A DNA stretch of 37,298 nt from contig JAPLUZ010000049.1 of NCBI GenBank assembly GCA_026397375.1, positions 1 through 37,298 of the forward strand, in the 5' to 3' direction. The notes under the pieces are model-generated. The model was not told where the DNA came from, did no database searches, and saw nothing but the letters and a program-made list of their open reading frames with translations. The first letter of the stretch is position 1. Each line of letters opens with the position of its first letter. Source of the DNA: Candidatus Aenigmatarchaeota archaeon (GTDB lineage: Archaea; Aenigmatarchaeota; Aenigmatarchaeia; GW2011-AR5). A program made the translations under genes and the position numbers. Of this stretch, positions 27,836 through 36,566 are shown piece by piece.

Positions 27836-28570
27836 ATGAAAAAAGTAGGGAAAATAATGCTATTGGGAAAAAGGAATTTCCTTGTTGACAGCGGGAAGCA
27901 GATAAACACGGAATTTGGTCTGATAGATCTGACAAAAGTAAAAAAGTACGGCCAAGTTGTCAGAACAACGACAGGAGAAAAATTTATTGCGGCCGAGCCG
28001 ACGATAAAAGACCTGCTCTCAAAATGCAAAAGAATACCACAGATAGTGACGGCAAAGGACGCTGCTCAGATACTGGCTGTCACAGGCCTGCAGGCAGGAT
28101 GGAATTGCCTGGATCTGGGCGGGGGTTCGGGATTTCTGACAATATTTCTTGCAAACTACGCGCAGCCAGGTTCTGTCGTTACATATGAAAAAGACAAAAA
28201 AAATGCGGAAAATATTGGGAACAATGTGAAGTTCTGCGACCTTAAAAACGTCACAGTAAAAAACAAGCCAGCTGAGAAATTCACAGAAAAAGATCTGGAT
28301 ATCATAACTACTGACTACGTTAATGCAGAAAAGAATGTGAAAAAATTCTTTGCCGCGCTGAAACCAGGAGGCTGGTTAGTAATGTACAGCCCGCAGATAG
28401 AACAGCACCAGAAGTCAAGAAAGGAAATAAACAAAATGAATTTCGATTACGTCAAGACAATAGAAACCGTGCAAAGAGAATGGAAAGTGGACCCGCGCGG
28501 CTTTACGCATCCTATACACACGCAACTGGTGCACACGGGTTTCATGACGTTTGCAAGGAAGAAGATGTGA
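27836..28570 (+). CDS. trmI: tRNA (adenine-N1)-methyltransferase, TrmI-like
   Basis: PQIV..KDAA.I, DLGGGSG, LKPGG, ETVQREW and HTGF..FARK. Confidence 0.8.
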   Translation: MKKVGKIMLLGKRNFLVDSGKQINTEFGLIDLTKVKKYGQVVRTTTGEKFIAAEPTIKDLLSKCKRIPQIVTAKDAAQILAVTGLQAGWNCLDLGGGSGFLTIFLANYAQPGSVVTYEKDKKNAENIGNNVKFCDLKNVTVKNKPAEKFTEKDLDIITTDYVNAEKNVKKFFAALKPGGWLVMYSPQIEQHQKSRKEINKMNFDYVKTIETVQREWKVDPRGFTHPIHTQLVHTGFMTFARKKM

Positions 28571-28607
28571 ATAGGAAAATTGAAGAGTTAAAAGAAAACT
28601 AATAATT

Positions 28608-29138
28608 TTATACGCTATTTAACACGTTTGTGAATAGTGATTTATCTATAGGAATTTCTTGTGTTGGTATTGTTTGCGTATACACATCTTCTTCCGTATA
28701 AGGAATTAAGCCAAACATAATTTTTACTGTTGCTTTGTACCTTACTGAAATGCTGTAAGCAGATATGCTGGGGACGAGCCTGAAAGGATTTTCTTGAAGT
28801 GTGTATATGGATGGTATACCTTTGAACTTCACTGAAATGTTCATAATTTGTTTTGAAGGAATAGTTATACTGTCACCATAACCACTAACTGCCTTTATTG
28901 TACCATCTTTTAATTTTGCCGTTATAGTTGCGCTTACTATATCTATTTTTATAATGTCGCTTCTTGTGTTATTAACTGGGACTGAAATATTCGCATCAAT
29001 GCTGAAGCCTATTGTATTTGGATTTACGCTGTAGGGCGTGCCAAGCTGGACACCAGGCTTGCCTATGGTTGGGGCTGTTGTATCAACACAACCAGCTATG
29101 AAAACTATCATGAGCAATAAAGCAAGGATTTTCATCAT
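28608..29138 (-). CDS. Putative lipoprotein with a beta-rich (LEA/WHy- or Ig-like) domain
   Basis: Lipobox-like FIAGC after a hydrophobic signal peptide; beta-strand-rich body. Confidence 0.65.
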   Translation of the reverse strand: MMKILALLLMIVFIAGCVDTTAPTIGKPGVQLGTPYSVNPNTIGFSIDANISVPVNNTRSDIIKIDIVSATITAKLKDGTIKAVSGYGDSITIPSKQIMNISVKFKGIPSIYTLQENPFRLVPSISAYSISVRYKATVKIMFGLIPYTEEDVYTQTIPTQEIPIDKSLFTNVLNSV

Positions 29139-29201
29139 AAAAATAGGCTTTTCACCATATTTAAAAAGACTTCTTCGGACATATTTATTAGGTGTGGGTT
29201 A

Positions 29202-30002
29202 GTGAACAAGTACATAGTAGGTATGACGGTAATTGCATTTTTATTTGCAATTTCTGCAGTACACGCACAGACGGCTACAGCTAGTTGGGATTCTTCGACG
29301 TATTATCAAGGAGATGGTGGTACTTTAACAGTAACCGTGTATAATAGTCATTCTTATCAGATTTGTCCAAAACAAGTTTATCTGCAATTTGATTGGCAGC
29401 AAGCACAAAATACGGTGTATCCTTCACCCAATACAGCATGTATTGCAACAGGTCAAAGTCAGCAATTCGTCATTTCATTTGGCATACCATCAAGTACAAC
29501 TATAGAACAACATTTGTACAATGTAAAATGGATTGATAATGGTATCTTAATTGGTAGTCCTACACTAAGCTCGGGGTCTTTGATGGTACATGATGCGTAC
29601 GAAAAAGTTTATCTAAATCTTGTATCAACAGTACAACCATCTATTACGCAGGCTCAGAATTCAAACTATCAAAGTCCAACAGCAGTTACCGACCTTAATC
29701 AAGCAGTATCATATTTCAATCAAGCAGCAACTCTGGCAGGTCAAGGTCAATACCAAGGAGCAGTTAATAATTTGAATCAGGCACAGGCATCGCTTTCAGC
29801 AGCAATTACTGCGGAACAGTCTTACCAACCTCCCCTATTAGGTGGTGGTAAATCTAATCTAAATATTGGAGGAGGTAGTGGTTCACCTGATAGTGGTATT
29901 GGTATAATTGTCGTTATAATAATTATAATTGTAGTGGCAGCTTTTTGGTTAAATAAAAAGAAGGCTCAACCTAAAAGTAAAGCAAAATCCAGAAAGAAAT
30001 AA
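29202..30002 (+). CDS. Secreted, C-terminally membrane-anchored protein
   Basis: Signal peptide (AVHA|Q), Ser/Thr/Gln-rich ectodomain, Gly linker, TM helix and Lys-rich tail. Confidence 0.78.
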   Translation: MNKYIVGMTVIAFLFAISAVHAQTATASWDSSTYYQGDGGTLTVTVYNSHSYQICPKQVYLQFDWQQAQNTVYPSPNTACIATGQSQQFVISFGIPSSTTIEQHLYNVKWIDNGILIGSPTLSSGSLMVHDAYEKVYLNLVSTVQPSITQAQNSNYQSPTAVTDLNQAVSYFNQAATLAGQGQYQGAVNNLNQAQASLSAAITAEQSYQPPLLGGGKSNLNIGGGSGSPDSGIGIIVVIIIIIVVAAFWLNKKKAQPKSKAKSRKK

Positions 30003-30052
30003 ATAATTATTTATCAATTTCTATGAATTAGACCGAACTAGCCAGAAACATC

Positions 30053-30385
30053 TTAAATTAATGTCAATATATTATTCAAACAAAAAGTAACAAAAGTCCA
30101 TATAAATATGCCGACTCCAGCACCGCCGACTATCCCAGTTATAAATCTAGAATAATTGTTTGAAACTATTTTGAAATAACTTTGAATTAGCCAGTCTAGA
30201 AACATAATGCCCATACAAATCACTGCAATAATTAAACTTGGTAGGTTTCCTGATAGAAATAAGACAAACGATAAGATATGTCCTATGCTACATCCAAGAC
30301 ATCTTGCACAGAATGGCATCGGTTTTCCATTAATTTTAAAGCATCTTTCAGGTATCCCGTGACATGAAATATATTTTCTTAGCAT
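30053..30385 (-). CDS. DUF2085-family membrane protein
   Basis: CH..PERCF..NG..MPFCARC.G, DWL.Q and SNN..RFITG. Confidence 0.85.
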   Translation of the reverse strand: MLRKYISCHGIPERCFKINGKPMPFCARCLGCSIGHILSFVLFLSGNLPSLIIAVICMGIMFLDWLIQSYFKIVSNNYSRFITGIVGGAGVGIFIWTFVTFCLNNILTLI

Positions 30386-30618
30386 TATGTCCAGCTATGA
30401 TTGCATTTTAAACAAGTCTTTTTAATTTTATTTGCTCCCGATTGCCCACAAAGAAGACCAAGTGGTCCGGCTATCAATGCACCACAACATCCCCAGCCGG
30501 CGCTATACCCTTTTTTATCAACATGGATTTGTGTCGACCCGCACTTAGGACATCTTATTTTATCTTCTTGCTCTTCTTTTGCTACTTTACGATGTTCGTC
30601 CTTTTTTCTTTTAGGCAT
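30385..30618 (-). CDS. Small zinc-ribbon protein with a Gly-rich hydrophobic hairpin
   Basis: CPKCGS ... TCLKC flanking GWGCCGALIAGPLGLLCG. TAATG coupling to the DUF2085 gene. Confidence 0.72.
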   Translation of the reverse strand: MPKRKKDEHRKVAKEEQEDKIRCPKCGSTQIHVDKKGYSAGWGCCGALIAGPLGLLCGQSGANKIKKTCLKCNHSWT

Positions 30619-30688
30619 AAAAATCTGTATTCTGCAAACTATAAATACCGTTCAAAAATAGAGGGTTATCTATACCCCGAAGTTGTAA

Positions 30689-30815
30689 TGGGCTTGGCAG
30701 GATTTGAACCTGCGTCACGGACTATTTCTGGAACCTTCCCTTTTTTCCTTTTGATTGAACTTTTGGGAAAAGTTCACCCGAAGCCCGGATTCTAACCAAA
30801 CTAAACCACAAGCCC
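30689..30815 (-). tRNA. tRNA-Pro(CGG) with a 53-nt intron at 37/38 (intron 30724-30776)
   Basis: Acceptor GGGCTTG/CAAGCCC plus A73, D arm, anticodon stem CGGGC/GTCCG, loop TT-CGG-G^A, T arm GCAGG-TTCAAAT-CCTGC. CCA not encoded. Confidence 0.88.
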
Positions 30816-30859
30816 TAACAATTGGTTACATTTATAAGGGAGCTAACGAATAAAAGATT

Positions 30860-31183
30860 ATGAAACATAACAAAAGGTTAATCATTTCTATAATTATTAT
30901 TGTAATTGTTCTCTCTATAATCACATCTGTATATTTTTCTAGCTTAAACATAGAATCACTAAATTCTTGCAATTCTGATACTGATTGCAAAATAGTAAGA
31001 CTTAATTATTGTGGTAGTGCTACAGCAATAAACAATCAGAATGAAAATTTATGGTTAAATCACTTGTATTTCGAAGATATATCAAATCATGGAGTGCTCT
31101 GCAAAACTACTCTGCCCCTGGATTATTTTACAGCAAGATGCCAAGAGAATAAGTGTATGGCAGTTCAGATCGAAAATCCTTAA
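30860..31183 (+). CDS. Membrane-anchored Cys-rich small protein
   Basis: N-terminal TM and six Cys (CNSDTDC..C..C..CQENKC). TTTATAA ~25 nt upstream suggests a leaderless transcript. Confidence 0.72.
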   Translation: MKHNKRLIISIIIIVIVLSIITSVYFSSLNIESLNSCNSDTDCKIVRLNYCGSATAINNQNENLWLNHLYFEDISNHGVLCKTTLPLDYFTARCQENKCMAVQIENP

Positions 31184-31259
31184 GCAACAAATCACAAGCC
31201 CTAACGAATGAATCTAGTTTTCTTGTAAATTTATAAGGCTTCTATAAAATTCAAATAAA

Positions 31260-31691
31260 TTAGAACAGCGTGCTTTTCTTGTATTTAGCGTATTTATTGC
31301 CGAATTTTCTAAGCATCTCGCGTTCTTCTTTTCTGGCTTTGTAAATATGGAAGGGCACAAGCAATGCTATTACTAGAATAATCCCTATAAATGACTTGAA
31401 TAATAGAGCTAATCCAATGAAAAATAAAATTCTACCAGTGTAAACGGGATGTCTAATTTTTGAATAAATGCCAGATGTAATCAGTCTTTCTTTTTTAGAA
31501 ATGAATGCCTTGTCTATAGCAATTCTGCCGATACTTAGAAGTACAATACCTATGATAGCAATAATCAAAGATAATACACTGTAAATAGCATTTTTGAATA
31601 AGAATTGGTCTCTGAAAATAGCAATTAACGCCAAAATTACTATATGTATAAAAACTGATGATACTTTCTCTGTTATCATATTCGTCTTCAA
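31260..31691 (-). CDS. Isoprenylcysteine carboxyl methyltransferase / PEMT-family membrane protein
   Basis: LITSGIYSKIRHPVY, and EE..M...FG..Y..Y. Confidence 0.88.
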   Translation of the reverse strand: MKTNMITEKVSSVFIHIVILALIAIFRDQFLFKNAIYSVLSLIIAIIGIVLLSIGRIAIDKAFISKKERLITSGIYSKIRHPVYTGRILFFIGLALLFKSFIGIILVIALLVPFHIYKARKEEREMLRKFGNKYAKYKKSTLF

Positions 31692-31726
31692 TTATTAGTT
31701 GTTAAACGAATTAATAGAAACCGAAT

Positions 31727-32167
31727 TTACCATCCATGTTCGCTGTAAAACACCTTGTTATTTATTTTTTCTATCGCCTGTCTTATATACGGAATAGTAT
31801 TTTCAGGCAATTTTTCTATAGGAAACCATCTCATATTGTCGCACTTATTAGGTTCCATAATTTTTGGTTCGCTCTTCCATTTCCCTGCCTGTATGAAAAA
31901 ATCTATTCGTTCATGATCAGTTTTTCTGTGCATAACGTGAACGACTTCGAGATCCTTTTCTTCTATGTCAATTCCAGCTTCTTCCTTTGCTTCCCGGATC
32001 ATTGCCTGCAGGAAGGTTTCGTTTCCATCTAGATGTCCGGCAACAACGCTGTAGTTTCCATCCTGCCATCCTGTGTTGAAGCGTCGGGAGAGCAGTATTT
32101 TTCCATCTTTTATCAAAATAAGATGAGACGTTGGCACTAGCTTGAATCTTTCTTTCATGCAAATCAT
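31727..32167 (-). CDS. NUDIX hydrolase
   Basis: Nudix box GHLDGNETFLQAMIREAKEEAGI, and EPNKC. Confidence 0.92.
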   Translation of the reverse strand: MICMKERFKLVPTSHLILIKDGKILLSRRFNTGWQDGNYSVVAGHLDGNETFLQAMIREAKEEAGIDIEEKDLEVVHVMHRKTDHERIDFFIQAGKWKSEPKIMEPNKCDNMRWFPIEKLPENTIPYIRQAIEKINNKVFYSEHGW

Positions 32168-34359
32168 CCTTTATTCTTTATCCTTCGGAATTTTTCTTCC
32201 CTGTCCTGGGTGACCTCGTCAATTATGTTTTGGGCAATCTTCTTGCCGAGGATGGATTCCAGTTTCTCTTTCTTTGCGGCCTTTACACCGCTTATGGTTC
32301 TTATCTTATTAGTGAACAATAAACGTGCACGGGCGCGACCGATGGTTCTCAGCATTACCAGTTCCAATAATTCTTCCTTTACGCCGTATTTTATTCTTAT
32401 GCGCAATTTGTTCAGCTTGTTTGCTATTTCTTTCTTATTTAATAAAAATGCCAGTTCTCTTGCAGAATAAACCATCCATTCAGCGTTCAGCGTCTTGTTG
32501 TAAAGCTCGCCAGGGGCAACGTCGTATTTTTCCAATAGTTTGTCCTCGCCTATTTCATTTGTCCAGTCTTTCAAAAGCAAGGAAGTTTTAAACGCCGACA
32601 AAAAGTCCTCGTATTCCATGTCCCAGACATCCGGTATCTTTATTCCCATTTTTCCCGGAGCAAGATCGTCGCCTTTCTTCACGCGCAGCGTAGGCCGCAT
32701 TTCCATGCACTGATTTATTACCGTAAGATATCCTAAATCATTGTTTGCATCTATGTTGTCTATGATGAGCTTGGCTGACAGCGGGTCTACATACAATTCA
32801 GCAACTCTTTTTCCTATCCGGGTTGCTTTTAATTTTATATCGGCTGTAAGGGAAAAGGCTGGGCGAAAATCACCAAGGAATTTTTCGTCATCACCGTACT
32901 GAATAAAGCTATAGGATCTTAATTCTTCTAAAATCTTTTCCACCTTGTTCATGACTTCTTCCATGTCCTTATACTGGTGTGCAAAGAAAGTCTGGGAAAA
33001 AAAGGTTTTCAATTCAGATTTTGTACGAACAGATTCGCTTGCTATCAGTGCAAGGGTGTGCATGCGCAGCGCCTGCTCTGTTGATAATTTAGAATAAATT
33101 GGCTCAATATCACCGTCGATGTATCTTTCTTTAAGATCCTGGGCTTCCCTGACGGACTTGGCAAGCAGAATGGCTTCTCCTTCGCTGTCGTACTTTGGCC
33201 GGCCTGCCCTTCCCATCATCTGGCATACTTCGAAATTAGGTATGAAATAGGAACCGTAATAACTGGAATCAAAACGTTTGACGTCGCGAATCAGAACACG
33301 GAAGGCAGGTAAATTTACACCAAACGACAAGGTGGGCGTGGCGACTATGAATTTTATCACGCCGGCTTTAAAAGCGTCTTCTATCAGCTTTCTTTGCTTT
33401 GCGATGAGGCCTGCGTGGTGAAAAGCAACGCCTTCTTTTACTATGTTTGCAAGGCGTCTACACTGCCTGGTTGGATTGGATAAGACGCTTTCTATTTCCT
33501 CTGCCAGAGGTTTCAGTGCCATCTTATCGTCATTGCTTAGCAGCTTGTTAATCTGCTTGGAAATTTTTTCAGCCGCGGACTCAGCACTTCTTCGCGTACC
33601 AACAAAGACAAGGGCCTGTTTTCCCTTGTTTAATGTATCAATACAAGCGGCTATTTCACCGTCATATTTCTGGTCTATTTTGTATTTTTTATCGGCGAAT
33701 TCAACTGTGTAATTATCCTGTTCCGGATACAGAACGCCCCGGCTGAGTTTTATCGGCCTGTAATCACTTTCAACTAATTTTGCTTTTAGCCATTTTGCCA
33801 TTTCATCAGAGTTTTTTATTGTGGCGGACAAGGCAAGAACCTGGCTGTTGGTTATGTTCATCAGCTTTGTTAAAACGACCTCCAGCGTCGGGCCACGGCT
33901 TACGTCGTTGAGCATGTGAATCTCATCGATAACAATGAGCCTTATGTCATTTATCCATTTTGCATTCCTGCGGAGCAGGGAATCCATCTTCTCATTGCTC
34001 AATATAACAAGGTCGTAGTTGCCTAGCCATTCTTCCTGATTGTCAAAGTCAGACGTTGACAGGGCAATGCGCATGCCAATGCTTTTGTATTTTTCCTGCA
34101 TGTCATCGTATTTCTCGCTTGCGAGTGCCTTGAGCGGAACAAGGTACACGGATTTTTCATTGGCAAGAAACTTCTTTATTATTGCAAGCTCTGCTATCAG
34201 TGTCTTCCCGGAAGCTGTTGGTGAAGCCACAACTAAGTTCTTCCCCTCAAGCAGACCATGCTTTACTGCTGCTACCTGCGGCGGGTTCAGCGCTTCCACG
34301 CCGGTTTTTCTTATTGCCGATATTATAGGGTCAGGAATATTAAGGTCTTCCAGCTTCAT
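32164..34359 (-). CDS. hel308: Ski2-like SF2 DNA helicase Hel308/Hjm
   Basis: SPTASGKT, PLKALA, DEIH, LSAT, HHAGL, QMMGRAGRP and C-terminal GRARAR.L. Confidence 0.95.
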   Translation of the reverse strand: MKLEDLNIPDPIISAIRKTGVEALNPPQVAAVKHGLLEGKNLVVASPTASGKTLIAELAIIKKFLANEKSVYLVPLKALASEKYDDMQEKYKSIGMRIALSTSDFDNQEEWLGNYDLVILSNEKMDSLLRRNAKWINDIRLIVIDEIHMLNDVSRGPTLEVVLTKLMNITNSQVLALSATIKNSDEMAKWLKAKLVESDYRPIKLSRGVLYPEQDNYTVEFADKKYKIDQKYDGEIAACIDTLNKGKQALVFVGTRRSAESAAEKISKQINKLLSNDDKMALKPLAEEIESVLSNPTRQCRRLANIVKEGVAFHHAGLIAKQRKLIEDAFKAGVIKFIVATPTLSFGVNLPAFRVLIRDVKRFDSSYYGSYFIPNFEVCQMMGRAGRPKYDSEGEAILLAKSVREAQDLKERYIDGDIEPIYSKLSTEQALRMHTLALIASESVRTKSELKTFFSQTFFAHQYKDMEEVMNKVEKILEELRSYSFIQYGDDEKFLGDFRPAFSLTADIKLKATRIGKRVAELYVDPLSAKLIIDNIDANNDLGYLTVINQCMEMRPTLRVKKGDDLAPGKMGIKIPDVWDMEYEDFLSAFKTSLLLKDWTNEIGEDKLLEKYDVAPGELYNKTLNAEWMVYSARELAFLLNKKEIANKLNKLRIRIKYGVKEELLELVMLRTIGRARARLLFTNKIRTISGVKAAKKEKLESILGKKIAQNIIDEVTQDREEKFRRIKNKG

Positions 34360-34388
34360 GCTTGTAGATTAATGGAAATAGATAAAAG

Positions 34389-35114
34389 CTAATGCAAAGA
34401 CTTTCCCTGTAGAACAAGTTTTATTTCTTTTAGGCACTCGTTATTATCGTAAACACCCCATAGGCCGTTTCCCAGCTCATCGTCCACGAGCTCTGCCTTT
34501 TTTGGATCAATCATTCTTAATACACTTGCATACTTTACTTCGTAGCATCTCTTGAAGCCGCCCAAAACCTTGCGAGAAAATATATCAAAAATCTGGTTTT
34601 CCTCGTCGTGGTAAGGCGCATTGTTGAAAATCATGTAAGTGAGTACATCCATCAGTCTTTGCGTGTTGAACCCATCCGGTTTCGGTTTATCGGTTAATCG
34701 TTTTACAATATATTTTACAGTTCTTGCGCCGGCTATCCTGTTAAGCGCCTTTGCAATGCGTTCGGCGTCTTGACCTTTCAAGGAGTAAATACTACTGTTG
34801 TCCACAAGAGCCATTAGTTTGGCATAGGCACGTCTGCCGCCCGCCCTGCCAAGCGCGTCTATGGCGTCGTCAAAATATTCTATAAACTCTCTATTATTCA
34901 TTATAGAAATCAGGCTGTCGGCCTTGTAGGATTCGCCTCGGTGAACATCCTTTACATACTTGCCAACATCCCGAACGTAAGCACTGTGTTCAGCCTTTTT
35001 TTCACCCCTCCTTATTTTTTCAAAATAGCTATTGATTTCCACAGCTGCGCAGACTGCGAGCCAGCCACCAACCAGAGCGACTGCTGTCCATTTTTTTGTG
35101 CTGTCTTTCATCAC
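34389..35114 (-). CDS. Hypothetical protein with an N-terminal TM and a HEAT-like helical region
   Basis: N-terminal hydrophobic helix; AIDALGRAGG and IAKALNRIAG segments. Overlaps the upstream stop by 4 nt. Confidence 0.6.
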   Translation of the reverse strand: MMKDSTKKWTAVALVGGWLAVCAAVEINSYFEKIRRGEKKAEHSAYVRDVGKYVKDVHRGESYKADSLISIMNNREFIEYFDDAIDALGRAGGRRAYAKLMALVDNSSIYSLKGQDAERIAKALNRIAGARTVKYIVKRLTDKPKPDGFNTQRLMDVLTYMIFNNAPYHDEENQIFDIFSRKVLGGFKRCYEVKYASVLRMIDPKKAELVDDELGNGLWGVYDNNECLKEIKLVLQGKSLH

Positions 35115-36097
35115 TTTCGCCTGTTGACTATGTAGTCGGCAAAAAAGTCAAGGATTTCTTTCAGCTGGGCAGGCATCTTTCCTGCAATTTTCTTTGCGTC
35201 GCTGGCGTATTTTTCCGCCTTCTGTTTTGCATATTCTACAGAGCCATATTTTTCAAACAGGATTTTGGCGTAGGTAACGTCTTCATCGGTTGTTTTTTCC
35301 GGCTCTTTATTAATAATTGTTAACAATTTCTTCTTTTCGTCACCACCGCATTTGTTCAAGCAGTGGACGACAAGGATGCTGCGCTTGCCTTCTTTTATAT
35401 CCCGCCCGATTTCCTTGCGGCCCTTGCCTTCTGTAAGATCAAGAATATCGTCGGTTATCTGGAATGCGGGTCCAAGGTTCTTTCCAAAATCGATAAGTTT
35501 TGGTATCAAATCTTCCCTGTCCGCCATAATGGCTGCGCCCACCAGGGTGACTGTAAGATAGTGCGCTGTTTTGCCTATGACCATATCAAAGTATTGTTTT
35601 TCTGTTGGCTTGTCATTGCTACGGAGATTTATGTCCATTGTCTGGCCTTCTGCTGTGCGCAGCGACGTTTTTACCATGGCGTCAAGCAGCTTCATTACTT
35701 TGTCGTCGGAGACACCATAATCTTTTGAATGAAGAATTAATTCAAAGACTTTTTGGGCCATGTAGTCGCCCACGTTGACGCCGTGCGCAAGGCCGTATTT
35801 GACCCAGACTGCTGGCTTATCTCTGCGTACTTTGTCGCCGTCTTCTATGTCGTCGTGGACAAGGAACCAGTTGTGCAATAGCTCACAACTGGCGGCGAAG
35901 GGCAGTATTTTCTTTACGTCGCCGCCCAGGGCTTCGCACGCCAGTATTGCCAAAAGGGGGCGCAATCTTTTGCCGCCAGTATCCATATGGTAATTTATAG
36001 CGTCGTGCAAATTCTCGATACCTTTTTTTGGCAAAACCCTTTCTAATTCTTTGTCAATAAGATGCGCTTTTTCTCCCGTCTTTTCAAAGTCTATCAT
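35111..36097 (-). CDS. Polyprenyl diphosphate synthase (GGPP synthase, IdsA-like)
   Basis: GGKRLRP, FLVHDDIED...RR, GQTMD, KTA and AFQITDDILD...DIKEGK. Confidence 0.93.
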   Translation of the reverse strand: MIDFEKTGEKAHLIDKELERVLPKKGIENLHDAINYHMDTGGKRLRPLLAILACEALGGDVKKILPFAASCELLHNWFLVHDDIEDGDKVRRDKPAVWVKYGLAHGVNVGDYMAQKVFELILHSKDYGVSDDKVMKLLDAMVKTSLRTAEGQTMDINLRSNDKPTEKQYFDMVIGKTAHYLTVTLVGAAIMADREDLIPKLIDFGKNLGPAFQITDDILDLTEGKGRKEIGRDIKEGKRSILVVHCLNKCGGDEKKKLLTIINKEPEKTTDEDVTYAKILFEKYGSVEYAKQKAEKYASDAKKIAGKMPAQLKEILDFFADYIVNRRK

Positions 36098-36287
36098 AGC
36101 TAGGATATTGCAAGAAGATTTATAAGCATAATCTATCGCGGGAAATTCTACACTATATCTGTGGATTATGCTATGCAGGAATAGGACCGGGCGTTATAAT
36201 CACAAAAGCTTAAAATATGAAGCCCGGGCAATATGGTAAATAGGAATAGCAATTGCTCATGCAATTACAACTTTAGAGGTGTTAGAA

Positions 36288-36563
36288 GTGGGAGCTCCAT
36301 ATAGAAGGACATATCAACATACGAAATCCAAAGGGCACGAATCTACGGTAAACTGCGGGTTCTGCGGAAGAATAGTACCAAGGTGGAAAACCTTTGTTCA
36401 GTACAAGAAATTCCGCATCACAGATCCGGTCATAAGGAAGCAGGTAGACCCCAGGTTCACGAGCAGTTTTGAAAGAAAGATTTACGTGTGCCCATCTTGC
36501 GCACGCTTTCGCGGTATAGTAGAGGTAGGCAGATCAAGAAAATCTCGTTCAAATCAGGGTTAG
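36288..36563 (+). CDS. rps26e: 30S ribosomal protein S26e (eS26)-like
   Basis: KGH...VNCGFCGRIVPRWK ... DP ... YVCPSCARFRGIV matches the eS26 pattern. GAGGTG SD before GTG 36288. Confidence 0.8.
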   Translation: MGAPYRRTYQHTKSKGHESTVNCGFCGRIVPRWKTFVQYKKFRITDPVIRKQVDPRFTSSFERKIYVCPSCARFRGIVEVGRSRKSRSNQG

Positions 36564-36566
36564 TTT

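Noticed and set aside
30724..30735. TTCCAGA near the intron 3' end as a tRNA-Trp(CCA) anticodon
   Set aside because: It leaves extra bases before the 3' anticodon stem. Only CGG gives a 7-nt loop with a canonical 37/38 intron.
30442..30795. 117-aa plus-strand ORF
   Set aside because: Antisense to the tRNA (GLAGFEPAS is the typical tRNA shadow translation) and to the Zn-ribbon gene.
28571..31691. Provirus or integrative element at tRNA-Pro
   Set aside because: No integrase, replication or virion genes, and no duplicated tRNA 3' end. Reported only as an islet.
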